In this document: positions 9,737-20,127 of the stretch, piece by piece
How the letters are laid out: each line of letters starts with the position of its first letter
Position numbering within the stretch: the stretch's first letter is position 1
IMG/VR virus record: IMGVR_UViG_3300011335_000800
Location: 1 to 32,070 of that record
Reading direction: 5' to 3' (one strand)
Length of the DNA stretch: 32,070 nt
DNA from: a virus
Lineage: Duplodnaviria > Caudoviricetes
Notes under the pieces: model-generated
Database searches by the model: none
What the model was told of the DNA's origin: nothing
The model's input: the letters and a program-made list of their open reading frames with translations, nothing else
Made by a program: the position numbers and the translations under genes

Positions 9737-12253
9737 ATGGCAATTGAACCCTTTCGTCAGCGCATTGGCATTGTCAGCCCCGGCAGCCTAATCTCATCGA
9801 GCGCACCCCAGGTATCGGATCCTGGTGCGGCTATTCGCTCCATCGGGCAAACGATCATGGAGGTTGGTGCTCCGATTGTAAGCAAGCGTGCCGTTGAGGC
9901 TGGCCAGAAGGCTGCTGGTTCGGCTGAAATCAAGCGGGATGCAGAAGGCAATCCGATTAAGATTGAACGTCCCCAGGGCGGCGGCGCGCTGTTTAACCAG
10001 GCATTCGATAAGGTTGCCGAGGCGCGTTATATCAACCAGGTCTCGTATGACTTTCAGAACTTCCTCAACACGGAGATTAATGATCGCCGCGTTGGCAAGG
10101 ATGGCAAGGCATTTGATCCCGACCAGTTTGACGCGGTGGTGCAGGGGCGACTGGAAGGCATACTCAAGACGGTAGATCCCAGCCTCAAGCCTGCGGTAGA
10201 AGAAGTTGTGTTCCGCGAGGCATTGGAGCGCACCCGATCCTTTAAGGATGAATGGGGCCGGACCCAGCGTTCGCAGGCTATCTCTGGTGCCCGTGACCAG
10301 ATCGAAGTTTTGATGAACAGCTATGCCAACTATCGGGATGAAGGTCTTGATCCTGCCCAGGCGTATGAAAAGTATGGCGCACCGTTAGATGCAATGGTTC
10401 AGCGCATGGAAGAACTTGGCCAGATAGGCGGCGAAGAAGCCGATGCCTTGCTGATGCGCGTTGATAAGCTGGTTGATGGCGCTGAAAGCTACGCAATATC
10501 CATGCAGGCGGCATCGGAATTTATTCCCGTTATTGGTGGCCTGGATGAAACCGACACCGAGATCCTGGGTAACTGGCTGCGCGGCGCGCCTGATCCGCGC
10601 AAACTTGGTGGCGTTACCTTTGAAGGCGATGGTGAAGAGCGGGTTACACCTGATACGCTGAAGGCATCGCTTAAGGATATTGTGCCCAGTGCGGTAATGA
10701 CAAGCGGTGCGCGCGCGGCGGAACACCCGCTTTCTATCAAAAACCCTGGCAGCTATCACAGCGTTGCCAATGGTGGTCGTGCAATTGATGTGGCTCCGAT
10801 CAAGGGCATGACCTTCAATGAATATGTCGAGCGCTGGCGGAAGGCTGGCTATGATGTAGTTGAGGCCATTGAGGAAGTGGGCGACAAACGCAGCCCCCAT
10901 GCAACTGGCGATCATTGGCATATTGCCCTGGGTAACACGCGCAAAGTTGCTGCTATCAAAGACAATCTTCGGGCGCGTGAATTGACCTACGAAGATGTTG
11001 ACCGTCTTGATCCGTCAGTGAAGCGTTCCCTTCTCACTGTAGTTACAAACCGAGAGCAGGGATTGCGTGAGGAGCAAGCTATTGCCCGGGCTCAGGCTGC
11101 AGAGCAGGAGCGAATTGCGCGCGATGAAGCAAACAACCAGGCGCTGATTAATACTATTACTGGTGCACTTGGTAATGGCATGGGCGGAAACTGGAACGCC
11201 CAGCAAAGAGGCGTGTTTGAAAATACGTTCACCCAAACTGTTGATCTCGGTAGAATGGGTGAGCCTACCCAGCAAGCCGCTGCTTTACGCTTCATTCAGA
11301 CGAACCAATATGTTCCCGAGAGCCTGGTCAATTATATGACCAACACGGTACGCTCTGAAAATTGGCGCTCTGCTGTGCAATTGTATCGGAATGTAAAGAA
11401 TGCGAATGTTGGTGGCGCTACGGTTGGCGACATTCTTGTCGATGGCCTTGATGCTCGCAGCAAAGCATTGCTAGCTACTGCCGATGAACTTATTGCTTCC
11501 GGCCAGCCCGATACCGTTGTCTCTGCGCGCATTGAGCAATTGCGTTCGGGCAATGGCTTTACCCGTGACGAAGCTATTGGTGAGTTTACGCGCATTCTTG
11601 GTCGAGGCCAGGAAGGAACCTATCGCCGTACGCGCGATCAGCGTATTCGTGACACCTATGGCATCCCCGATAATGTAGCGATCCCGCCTGCACTGTCGCG
11701 CCGCATCGATGAAAGCTATGCAGCCAATCTCGATGTGCAGAACCGCGATCCCGAAAAAGCACTGCAGCGCGCTATGGTGCAGAACCAGGGCGTTTACCGA
11801 AAGTCAGGCATATTCTTTGATGGCGTTGGCCCATCGTCTTTGCTGCGCACTTACAGCCAAAAACAGTTGGCCGACTTCTTTGGCAATGTAACCGAGAATG
11901 GCAAGCGGCTTGCACCTGCTGTAAAGGGGCCGAACGGAGAACTGCGCAATCATACTGTTGGCCAGAACGGCACAATCAGACTGGTTCCGCTCGATAATAA
12001 TCTTGGCAGCATAGGCCGTTACGAAGTGCGCTTATTCAATCCGCACAACCCTAGCCAGCTACTCGATACATTCCAGATGGATCTTGGTGCTGAACTTAAT
12101 CGCTGGTCATCGGCCAAGCCCAAGCCTGCTGCACCTGCTGCCGCTGCAACTGGCGATCCCGTGGCTGCTGCGCGCGCCGAACGCGCAAGGGTTGAGCAGG
12201 CTGGGCGCAGAACGAGAGAGCGCATCAAGACTATCAGCGGCCCAAAGATTTAA
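9737..12253 (+). CDS. Internal virion (ejection) protein, gp15-like, with an inserted M15-type zinc peptidase domain
   Basis: 838 aa, helical. Internal TSGAR...SYH...GRAID...DHWHI motif set. Confidence 0.75.
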   Translation: MAIEPFRQRIGIVSPGSLISSSAPQVSDPGAAIRSIGQTIMEVGAPIVSKRAVEAGQKAAGSAEIKRDAEGNPIKIERPQGGGALFNQAFDKVAEARYINQVSYDFQNFLNTEINDRRVGKDGKAFDPDQFDAVVQGRLEGILKTVDPSLKPAVEEVVFREALERTRSFKDEWGRTQRSQAISGARDQIEVLMNSYANYRDEGLDPAQAYEKYGAPLDAMVQRMEELGQIGGEEADALLMRVDKLVDGAESYAISMQAASEFIPVIGGLDETDTEILGNWLRGAPDPRKLGGVTFEGDGEERVTPDTLKASLKDIVPSAVMTSGARAAEHPLSIKNPGSYHSVANGGRAIDVAPIKGMTFNEYVERWRKAGYDVVEAIEEVGDKRSPHATGDHWHIALGNTRKVAAIKDNLRARELTYEDVDRLDPSVKRSLLTVVTNREQGLREEQAIARAQAAEQERIARDEANNQALINTITGALGNGMGGNWNAQQRGVFENTFTQTVDLGRMGEPTQQAAALRFIQTNQYVPESLVNYMTNTVRSENWRSAVQLYRNVKNANVGGATVGDILVDGLDARSKALLATADELIASGQPDTVVSARIEQLRSGNGFTRDEAIGEFTRILGRGQEGTYRRTRDQRIRDTYGIPDNVAIPPALSRRIDESYAANLDVQNRDPEKALQRAMVQNQGVYRKSGIFFDGVGPSSLLRTYSQKQLADFFGNVTENGKRLAPAVKGPNGELRNHTVGQNGTIRLVPLDNNLGSIGRYEVRLFNPHNPSQLLDTFQMDLGAELNRWSSAKPKPAAPAAAATGDPVAAARAERARVEQAGRRTRERIKTISGPKI

Positions 12254-12262
12254 GGAACTACA

Positions 12263-15200
12263 ATGGAAGTCAGCACTACACGGGGCCCGGCGCGTTTTCA
12301 GTTGCTGGATCAAAACACGCAGGTTGACGAGCCGCAAGATCAGAGCCTGATGGGCATGCTGCGCGATGGGTACGCCATTGGCGTATATGGCCAGATCAAA
12401 GACGAGATAGATAAGATCATGTCGCGGCGCAGTTCCGTGATTGATCCGAACTACGATCCTCTCGATTATATTCCCAAGGGTTATGAGCGTTATGCCGACG
12501 CTTACACCTGGGCGATGAACCAGGCAGAAGCCGATCAGGTCACGCAGAACATTGATGAGAACCTTGCTATTCGTCAGCGTCAGAGCCAGCTTGGCTTTGG
12601 CACCAATCTTATGGTCGGCCTTGTCACTGGCATCTTTGATCCCGTTAACCTGATCCCTGTTCCTGGTCTAAAGGGCCTGGGCTTTGTTCAGGGTGCATTG
12701 AAGGGCGGCGCTTCACTCGGCACGATCAACGCTGCGCAGGAACTGGTGCGCAACGAACTTGATCCGACCAGCACGAACACCGAGACTGCAATCAATATTG
12801 GCCTGGGCTATCTGGTAGCAGGCGCAATCTCTGGTGGCATCGGGCACTTCACTCGCGGTCATCGAGGCACTGTGGATCTTGATGCGGATGTACGCTCGAA
12901 GGCGGAAGATGCTGGTGATCGCTTTGCCCGGGCGCAGGCCGCAGTTGACGGCCTCGAAGTCAAAGATGTGTTCGACTATAACGGCCAGGGCGTTCGGATT
13001 GTCGAAGGCAACACCGGCAAGTACGACCAGAATGGCAATTATATCCGTGCATTCTTCCGTCCCAAGCAGGCGTTAGAAGCTGAGGCACAGCGTATGGCAG
13101 CAGCGCGCGCGGCAGATGATATGCTTGGAGATGTTGTTCCCGACACTGTGCCCGTTCGTACTGCTGGCGAGGAACCAGGAACCTTCCGCACCACCATGAC
13201 GGTGAATGGTGTTGAGCAGGTAACTGAAGGACCGTTGCCGCGCGCAGGAACGGGAGAAGTGGATCCGATGACTGGCCAGCCACGCATGGCTGAACCAGAA
13301 GCGGCACCTGTAAGAGAAGGCGCTCCCGAACCCAAGGCAGCAGTCGAACCTGAAGATACAATCTTTATCGATGCCAGCGCTATTCTATCAGAGTTTGAGG
13401 CAAAGCCGTGGACCAGCCCTCGCTATGAAGGGATCGAGCCATTTGCGGAGGATGCCTTCAAAACGCCACAGGAATGGCTCAACTTTGTGGTGCTGCATGA
13501 ACTGAACCACAAGACGACTAAGCGACTACCAACTGAAACCAAGGCTGCTTACGAGAACCGCATCAACACTCTGGCTTATGATGAGGTCAGGGCTGGGCGC
13601 GCCCCCTTGTCGCCTACGGATAGTGCGCTTGAGAAGCTCATGCTTCTGCCTACTCCGTCTGGCACATTGATGCGCTTAGCCCCTCGGCAGCGTGAGACGC
13701 ATGATCTTGCCCAAGGCATTGCTGGCGATCACAGCACGCTGACCTTGGCAAACCGTGCTGGCCGACCAACAACCCCAGGCGGATCTGTGTTTCAGCGTGC
13801 GCAGCGCTGGCTAACAGCCAACTATGTTATGAGCGTACAGTGGCAGAAAGCCTATGTGCGCTATGTTACTGGCAAGGAAGCTGATAGTGTTACCGCTAAT
13901 GCCCGTGAAACATTTCGCTTAGGCTTGCCACTTGTTGGGCAGGCAAAGCGCATGGGAAAATTAACGCCTCAAGAGTTTCGAGACTATGTTGGCCGCGCTG
14001 TTTACGACGATCAGCCATTCGAACTGCATGGCAAGCCTATCAGCGATGAAGATATGCTTATCGTGCAGGGCGCTGCGCGTGAGGCACGTCAATTGTTTGA
14101 GCAGTTTCGGATACGTGCACAAGAACTGGGCATGTTCGAAAACCAGAAGCGCCTGCAGCGTGAGGTTGACTGGCGCACCAAGGCCAACGAGCGCGATGCG
14201 CGCCGCCTGGAAAAGCTAAAACCTGGCAGCAAACTGCATGATGAGGTTGCTGCTGGCATTAAAGAGCGCACGACCGCACTGAACCAGGCGCAGGAGGAAC
14301 TGGATAACTTTAATGCAGAAGCAGTGCGCCCGGCTGGTGAGCAATACTATTTTCCGCGTATCTATGATTTGACCAAGGTACGCGAACGCTATGATGACTT
14401 TGTTAAGCTGGTGGGCGAAAGCTATGGCGGCACTCCCGAAGCCTTCGAGCGTGCGAAGGTTACTGCGCAGAAAATCCTTGGAAATAATGGGGAGGAGTTT
14501 GTCCCTGGCATGGGTGGGCCTCGTAATCTTCTTGGCCGAGAAATCCCGCTAACCAACAAGGAACTAACCGACTTTATCGTCCATGATATTGAGACTGTTA
14601 TGGGTCTTTATTCGCGGCGCATGGGCGCTTCGATTGAGATGGTTGGCAAATATGGTAGTCGCATGCTGGACGACCAACTAGATAGCCTAAAGGCCGCCCT
14701 GCAAGACCAGGGCTATGACAACAAGACAATCCGCAAAATCATTGAGGAAGAAGAAGATTTGCGTGATCGCGTGCTGGGCCGCTTTCACACGAAGGATCCG
14801 ATGAGTTGGGACAACAGGACTGCGCGTGCTCTAAAGAACTATGGCAACCTGACTTTGATGGGTCGGGGTATTTACTCGCAAACAATGGATATTGCTCGCA
14901 CTGTTGCGACTGAGGGCTTTGCTCCATTGTTCAAAGCATTTCATGCAGCTTGGCGTGGTGAAGCCAGAAACATGATGAGAGGTGCTTACGCTAAGCAAGC
15001 TGGCGAAGCGATGGAGTTGGTCAACGCTCGCTGGATGGCAATGATGATTGACAATGACAGTGCTTTGACTGTCACCAATCAGACTATGCTTGAGCGCGGA
15101 TTGGCTGCTGCACAGTCACCTTTCTTCAAGTTAAATATGATGAACCCGTTCACCGTGGTCTGGAAGGAATTTACCTCTATTTTGACCAGCCATACGCTGC

Positions 15201-16117
15201 TCGATGAGGTGAACACGGTTGCCAATGCGGTGCGCGCGGGGCGCACAATGACTACATTTAGTAAGAAGGAACTAAAGCAGGCACAACATCTAGCGAGTTG
15301 GGGTATCGACTTGCGTGGCGCGCAGATGATTGCCGACATGCCAATTGAAAAGACGGAGGGCAGTGGCCTCTATCTTGCCAACCTTGAGAACTGGACAGGT
15401 AGAGACGGGGAGCGCGCCCGGGAACTTTTCCTCGGTGCATTGTCGGGCAACATTCGCTCTGCAGTTGTAACGCCTGGTCCGCTCCAGCGTGCCGCTATCA
15501 TGGATGGCGTGTTCCGCGTCAAAGGCGAGCGTAAGGAGCAAGCTCTACTCTCGCTGCCCTTCCAGCTGATGAGCTTTACCATGTCGTCGTCGGCCAAGAT
15601 TACACACTCGATGCTATCTGGCCGGGATCGAAACATTGCCGTGACACTTGGCTCTCTCATGGTCGGCGGCATGATTGCTACCTGGCTAAAGGCTGACGAC
15701 AATTTTGATAAAATGGGTTGGGATGAGTTTGCCTTGCTCACATTAGAAAACAGTTCTGTGCTTGGCTGGCTTAGTGATGTGTATAAGCGCACCGAAGATC
15801 TTACCGGCTATGGTCCTCGCTCTGCCATGGGCTTGAGAGACATGGGTGAAAACACTGTATCTGATGAGATTGGCGTTATTGCTGGTCCCTCAGTGAGCGT
15901 GCTTTCCGGGGCTGTTGAAGCCTTCCTTAATCCAGAACTTGAAGAGCGACAGCAGGCAAGCCTCATTCGTCGGGCGGTTCCTTTCTCTGGCATTGTCTGG
16001 TGGTCTGATACGCTCAAGGAATGGAGCAACTGGGCTGCGGATGCTGGCATGGTTGAGACAGCCATTGGCGATGGCGTTGAAATGACTGACGAGGAAACCG
16101 TTGAATTGGTTGGCTAG
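12263..16117 (+). CDS. Large internal virion (ejection) protein, gp16-like, with an HExxH motif
   Basis: 1284 aa. DPVNLIP hydrophobic segment, YFPRIYD, FQLMSF, VLHELNH. Position before the tail fibre. Confidence 0.75.
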   Translation: MEVSTTRGPARFQLLDQNTQVDEPQDQSLMGMLRDGYAIGVYGQIKDEIDKIMSRRSSVIDPNYDPLDYIPKGYERYADAYTWAMNQAEADQVTQNIDENLAIRQRQSQLGFGTNLMVGLVTGIFDPVNLIPVPGLKGLGFVQGALKGGASLGTINAAQELVRNELDPTSTNTETAINIGLGYLVAGAISGGIGHFTRGHRGTVDLDADVRSKAEDAGDRFARAQAAVDGLEVKDVFDYNGQGVRIVEGNTGKYDQNGNYIRAFFRPKQALEAEAQRMAAARAADDMLGDVVPDTVPVRTAGEEPGTFRTTMTVNGVEQVTEGPLPRAGTGEVDPMTGQPRMAEPEAAPVREGAPEPKAAVEPEDTIFIDASAILSEFEAKPWTSPRYEGIEPFAEDAFKTPQEWLNFVVLHELNHKTTKRLPTETKAAYENRINTLAYDEVRAGRAPLSPTDSALEKLMLLPTPSGTLMRLAPRQRETHDLAQGIAGDHSTLTLANRAGRPTTPGGSVFQRAQRWLTANYVMSVQWQKAYVRYVTGKEADSVTANARETFRLGLPLVGQAKRMGKLTPQEFRDYVGRAVYDDQPFELHGKPISDEDMLIVQGAAREARQLFEQFRIRAQELGMFENQKRLQREVDWRTKANERDARRLEKLKPGSKLHDEVAAGIKERTTALNQAQEELDNFNAEAVRPAGEQYYFPRIYDLTKVRERYDDFVKLVGESYGGTPEAFERAKVTAQKILGNNGEEFVPGMGGPRNLLGREIPLTNKELTDFIVHDIETVMGLYSRRMGASIEMVGKYGSRMLDDQLDSLKAALQDQGYDNKTIRKIIEEEEDLRDRVLGRFHTKDPMSWDNRTARALKNYGNLTLMGRGIYSQTMDIARTVATEGFAPLFKAFHAAWRGEARNMMRGAYAKQAGEAMELVNARWMAMMIDNDSALTVTNQTMLERGLAAAQSPFFKLNMMNPFTVVWKEFTSILTSHTLLDEVNTVANAVRAGRTMTTFSKKELKQAQHLASWGIDLRGAQMIADMPIEKTEGSGLYLANLENWTGRDGERARELFLGALSGNIRSAVVTPGPLQRAAIMDGVFRVKGERKEQALLSLPFQLMSFTMSSSAKITHSMLSGRDRNIAVTLGSLMVGGMIATWLKADDNFDKMGWDEFALLTLENSSVLGWLSDVYKRTEDLTGYGPRSAMGLRDMGENTVSDEIGVIAGPSVSVLSGAVEAFLNPELEERQQASLIRRAVPFSGIVWWSDTLKEWSNWAADAGMVETAIGDGVEMTDEETVELVG

Positions 16118-16124
16118 TCCATTG
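16115..16124 (+). promoter_or_regulatory. TAGTCCATTG late-promoter motif upstream of the tail fibre genes
   Basis: Exact motif copy overlapping the upstream TAG stop. Confidence 0.6.
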
Positions 16125-16166
16125 TGACCAGGCAAGCGCAAGGCAAAGAGGCAATTGGAGATAAGC

Positions 16167-17846
16167 ATGGCAATTCTAATCAACGACAATTCTGCTCGGG
16201 TACAATATACCGCAACCACCAATCAGACGGTGTTTACGGTTCCGTTCGAGTTTTTTGCCAACAGCGATCTGAAGGTCTACAATGGCAGCGCATTGCTCAC
16301 CTTTGCCAGCAGCCCGGCAAATGCCAACCAGTATAACGTATCTGGCGCTGGCGTTACTGGCGGTGGCACTATTGCTTTGGGTTCCCCTGGTGCTGCTCTC
16401 GGCAATATCATTACGATTGTTCGCAGCCTGCCGATTGAGCGCACATCTGACTTTCCGCTTTCTGGTCCGTTTAACATCGAGGCGCTGAATACAACGCTCG
16501 ATAAGATGACCGTTATGCTGCAGGATGTGGACACCAAACTTGAGCAGCGCGTTCCCCGCCTGGCTGAGAATGACACGCCCAATACACTCTCAACCATCCC
16601 AACCGTTGACCAGCGTAAAAACAAGTTATTCTATTGGGATACCAATGGTCAGCCTTCTGCTATTGACACTGCTGGCCTTGCCACCCTCGCTGTTTACGGA
16701 AGTGTAGGCACTAATAATTTTACCGGCAATGGCGTTCAAGTAAGCTTTACGCTTACATCGACCCCAGGAACAAAGCTGGCAACAAACATCTTTGTTAATG
16801 GCGTATACCAAGAGAAGACTAATTATAGCCTTGCCGGTAATGTAATTACTTTTACGGCAGCGCCTCCAACTGGATCCACTATTGAAGTTTTGCTCAACGA
16901 AACTGGCGTTATCTACACAGGTGGTGCAGGAGAAATATCTTATACGCCAGGCGGAGCTTACACGTCGGGTTCAATTGGAGATTTTCTAAACCCATTTTTT
17001 GAAGCGCCTGATGCCAAGCTGGAAGTTACGACGGATGCTGGCGCTGGTTTGCAGCGAGGCATTTCGGTTGAGCATTATGCAGATACAACCGGCAGCTACG
17101 GCATCGACATTCATCAGTACCAAGGCGCGAAAAGCGCATTTGTTGTTCATTGCTACTCGGATGAAAACGGGGCTGTTGCTGGCTCTGTTGCGGCTCAGAT
17201 CGACCACACGCGGTCTGGCTCAATCCTTACGCTGAAGAATGCACGTAACGCAGTAACTTCGCCAGGGACAACGGGTACAGCTTCCTTCCTGCAGATGATC
17301 GGCTATCCCGATACGTCTGTATCATTGGCAACGCCTCCAGTGACGTTGGCGCAGTGGAACTATCAGAACGTCTTGCTTTGCCCCGAGGTCAATTGGCCGT
17401 TTACAATTACTGGTTACGGGACTGTTATTAACAGCTTCTCAGGGGGGACTGGCTTAACGGTTAATCATCTTACGCCTGGCACTTATGGGTTAACCGTAAA
17501 TGGCAAGCAATATGGTGGTGTAGTTACTGCGGACAGCGATGGCGGTGCGGGTTTTTGGATTGCCAAAACTTCCGCTGGTTCTGGCAGCGGCCTTGTTATT
17601 CAAAACGAAGGCAGTGGTAATTCGATTATTGGGATCTCAGGGGGATCTACTAATTTTTATGTCACCAAAGTTGGTGATTATTACATTAACGGCGCAAAGG
17701 TTTTAGGGGCGCAAGGCGCTGCAATAACCAATGCAGTCTATGCTGCAGGTGCCACGCCAACGCAGGCCGAGTTCAACGCACTGGTGGATAAGGTCAACGC
17801 CATCCTTGCTCGCTTACGCGCTGGCACGCCCAGCATTGCTACATGA
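16167..17846 (+). CDS. Tail fibre / receptor-binding protein 1 (T7 gp17-like N-terminal anchor)
   Basis: GGAG RBS then MAILIND..., RVQYTATTNQTVFTVPFEFF, LNTTLDKMT. Gly/Thr-rich beta body. Confidence 0.85.
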   Translation: MAILINDNSARVQYTATTNQTVFTVPFEFFANSDLKVYNGSALLTFASSPANANQYNVSGAGVTGGGTIALGSPGAALGNIITIVRSLPIERTSDFPLSGPFNIEALNTTLDKMTVMLQDVDTKLEQRVPRLAENDTPNTLSTIPTVDQRKNKLFYWDTNGQPSAIDTAGLATLAVYGSVGTNNFTGNGVQVSFTLTSTPGTKLATNIFVNGVYQEKTNYSLAGNVITFTAAPPTGSTIEVLLNETGVIYTGGAGEISYTPGGAYTSGSIGDFLNPFFEAPDAKLEVTTDAGAGLQRGISVEHYADTTGSYGIDIHQYQGAKSAFVVHCYSDENGAVAGSVAAQIDHTRSGSILTLKNARNAVTSPGTTGTASFLQMIGYPDTSVSLATPPVTLAQWNYQNVLLCPEVNWPFTITGYGTVINSFSGGTGLTVNHLTPGTYGLTVNGKQYGGVVTADSDGGAGFWIAKTSAGSGSGLVIQNEGSGNSIIGISGGSTNFYVTKVGDYYINGAKVLGAQGAAITNAVYAAGATPTQAEFNALVDKVNAILARLRAGTPSIAT

Positions 17847-17859
17847 TTAGGATTTTAAT

Positions 17860-19134
17860 ATGACCCTGACAAAAGCAACATACTCGATGATCGACGGCGC
17901 TTCGGTCAATGTGCTGGATTACGGCGCTGTTGGTGATGGCGTTACGAACGACACCGCGGCGATCCAAGCAGCTATCGACAGCAATTTTCGGGATATATAT
18001 TTTCCTGCCGGAAATTATCTTTGCGGGAATTTATCGTTCAATAACGAAAACCAACGGTTCCTTGGGCAGGGCGCTATCCTAACGCGCAGCGGCAATGGCG
18101 TAACATTCACCGTATCTGCCAGAGGTGTTTATTTCTACGCAGTTCGCTTTGCTGGCGGCGGCTTCACTGGTGACAACATCACTGTCACCGGCCCCGAGGC
18201 CATGTTTATCGGATGTATATCTAACGAGACTTCGGGCCGCGCTATTAAGTTTAGCAATGACGGCGGTAACGCGCTGATCCTCGGCGGCATCTGGAACACG
18301 ACAGATGCAACGGCTTCCGGCTTTGACATTGAGTTTTTTGACACCACACCCGGAACATCTTTGTATTCCAAGGTTATCGGCGCTTCTACTCAGCAAGCAA
18401 CTGGTGGCGTTCTCATTAATGGGCAAGGCGCTGTTCGTATAACAGACTGCCAGATTGGTAAGCTAACTGTATCTGCTGGCGGCGGTTTCTTTTCTAACAA
18501 CCGCATCGTCGGTGCTACCTCTATTCAGGCATCGATCAACTTATTCTCTAACAATTCATTTGCAGCCAATGTTACCTTTGGCGATGGCTCTGCGCCAAAC
18601 ATTAGCCAGATCACTTTCAATTCGACCAATGTCGTTCAGTCGGGCGCGACGCTTACCATCAATAGCGATGTGCTGGACAGCAGCTTCCATCTTGGTCAAC
18701 TAACTGGCGTCACGCTTGTTATCAATGGCAACAATAATGACATTTGGTTTAATGAACGTTCATTCACGCCGACGTTGGTTGGCACTGGAAGCCCGTCGCT
18801 TGGCAACGGTTCGCTTGTCGGAACCGTGTCGAGAGAAGGCCGTCAGTGGAATGCCAGGATTGAATTTACAGTTGGTTCGACCACATCTCTCGGATCTGCA
18901 TTTGACATAACTGGACCGTATAAAGCCAAGTCACGAACGCAGGGTATCGCCATGCTCACTGATAGCGGCACAGGCCATTATATAGGTATAGCGAATATGA
19001 CCGCAGGCTCATCAACCATAAAAGTGTTCTCAGGAACACAGCCAATTGGCGGCTCATTAACACCTACTGCACCATTTACCTGGGCTACTGGCGACACTCT
19101 CGCCATTACAATCAGCTCTCAATACCTTGATTAA
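17860..19134 (+). CDS. Tailspike / receptor-binding protein 2 (pectate-lyase-3-like beta-helix)
   Basis: VNVLDYGAVGDGVTNDTAAIQAAID...IYFPAGNY motif. Asn/Gly/Ser-rich beta-helix. Confidence 0.85.
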   Translation: MTLTKATYSMIDGASVNVLDYGAVGDGVTNDTAAIQAAIDSNFRDIYFPAGNYLCGNLSFNNENQRFLGQGAILTRSGNGVTFTVSARGVYFYAVRFAGGGFTGDNITVTGPEAMFIGCISNETSGRAIKFSNDGGNALILGGIWNTTDATASGFDIEFFDTTPGTSLYSKVIGASTQQATGGVLINGQGAVRITDCQIGKLTVSAGGGFFSNNRIVGATSIQASINLFSNNSFAANVTFGDGSAPNISQITFNSTNVVQSGATLTINSDVLDSSFHLGQLTGVTLVINGNNNDIWFNERSFTPTLVGTGSPSLGNGSLVGTVSREGRQWNARIEFTVGSTTSLGSAFDITGPYKAKSRTQGIAMLTDSGTGHYIGIANMTAGSSTIKVFSGTQPIGGSLTPTAPFTWATGDTLAITISSQYLD

Positions 19135-19142
19135 TTTCTTTG

Positions 19143-19355
19143 ATGGATAATGAGATGCCTGAATTTGCTTCGGCCTGGATAGGGGTTGGCGGTTTATTAG
19201 CAATGGGCCTGGGTGTTTGGACCCGGCTGCTTCAACGCCTGACAATTGTAGAAACTCGGCAGAAGTCGGACGACAATCGGTTCGAGCAGATTATGCAGCA
19301 TCTGCAGAGAATAGAGGAAAAGTTAGATCGCAAAGCCGATCGCTTGGAAAGGTAA
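19143..19355 (+). CDS. Small membrane protein, putative holin/antiholin
   Basis: One N-terminal TM segment plus a coiled-coil ending LQRIEEKLDR, directly before the endolysin. Start could be 19143 or 19155. Confidence 0.6.
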   Translation: MDNEMPEFASAWIGVGGLLAMGLGVWTRLLQRLTIVETRQKSDDNRFEQIMQHLQRIEEKLDRKADRLER

Positions 19356-19359
19356 GAAC

Positions 19360-19863
19360 ATGGCCATTGAGATACGCGCTACTGACCCTCGTTGGTTTGC
19401 AACGGCTAAGAAACTCTTTGGCATCCGTGAAGTACCTGGTCCTCGCCATGATAGCCGCATCCTTGGCTGGCTTAAGAAGCTGGGGGCCTGGTGGGCTAAC
19501 GACGAAACGCCCTGGTGCGGCGTGTTCGTGGCCTACTGCATGCAGACAAGCGCCATTGCCTATCCCAAGGCATATTACCGAGCAAAGGAATGGGAGAACT
19601 GGGGCTCCCTGTTGCGTAGGGATCGCCTTGCTCCTGGTGCTGTGCTCGTTTTCCATCGACCTGGTGGTGGCCATGTTGGCTTCTATGTGGGGGAAGATCG
19701 CAACCATTATTATGTGCTGGGGGGCAACCAGCAAAACGCCGTGAACGTGGTCAAGATTGCCAAGACACGGCTGACTGCATCGCGCTGGCCAACGGGGGAG
19801 CCTGTCATTGGTAAGCCGAACCTGATCGATCTGAAGGTCGATGTTACTGCTAACGAAGCATGA
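19360..19863 (+). CDS. Endolysin, TIGR02594/NlpC-P60 (CHAP-like) family
   Basis: DETPWCGVFV catalytic Cys, GGGHVGFYV His, VLGGNQ. Confidence 0.88.
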   Translation: MAIEIRATDPRWFATAKKLFGIREVPGPRHDSRILGWLKKLGAWWANDETPWCGVFVAYCMQTSAIAYPKAYYRAKEWENWGSLLRRDRLAPGAVLVFHRPGGGHVGFYVGEDRNHYYVLGGNQQNAVNVVKIAKTRLTASRWPTGEPVIGKPNLIDLKVDVTANEA

Positions 19864-19876
19864 AGGAGACGTGACA

Positions 19877-20065
19877 ATGAAGAAGGCATTCCGCTGGATC
19901 AAGGCACGGGCGAAGGAACCCAGCACTTACGTAGGCGTCGGCACTATTGTGGCCATTGCTGGCGCACCGAAGTTGGGTATTCAGATTACACAGGTTGGTG
20001 AGGCTCTTGGGCTTATACTAGGCGGTGGCCTCATAGCCGCCAAAGCTAGAGATGCACCTGATTGA
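19877..20065 (+). CDS. Small membrane protein, putative holin
   Basis: AAGGAG RBS. KEPSTYVG followed by two hydrophobic segments, after the endolysin. Confidence 0.6.
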   Translation: MKKAFRWIKARAKEPSTYVGVGTIVAIAGAPKLGIQITQVGEALGLILGGGLIAAKARDAPD

Positions 20066-20093
20066 TCATTGATTTAAATTGAGACAGGGGATG

Positions 20094-20127
20094 GGGGGTT
20101 ATGTGTAAACATAGTCCCCTTTCTTTT
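20094..20127 (+). terminator. Rho-independent terminator closing the late operon
   Basis: GGGGGTTATGT-GTAA-ACATAGTCCCC-TTTCTTTT at the convergence of the two transcription arms. Confidence 0.8.

Noticed and set aside
1330-13505. Shared 15-mer GTGCTGCATGAACTG in terL and the gp16-like gene
   Set aside because: A single short match encoding VLHEL in unrelated contexts, compatible with chance.
16155-16166. Upstream-extended starts in the ORF track (16155, 1887, 19841, 20904, 26555, 27852, 29022)
   Set aside because: Downstream ATG/GTG codons have proper RBSs and better coupling, so the shorter starts were used.
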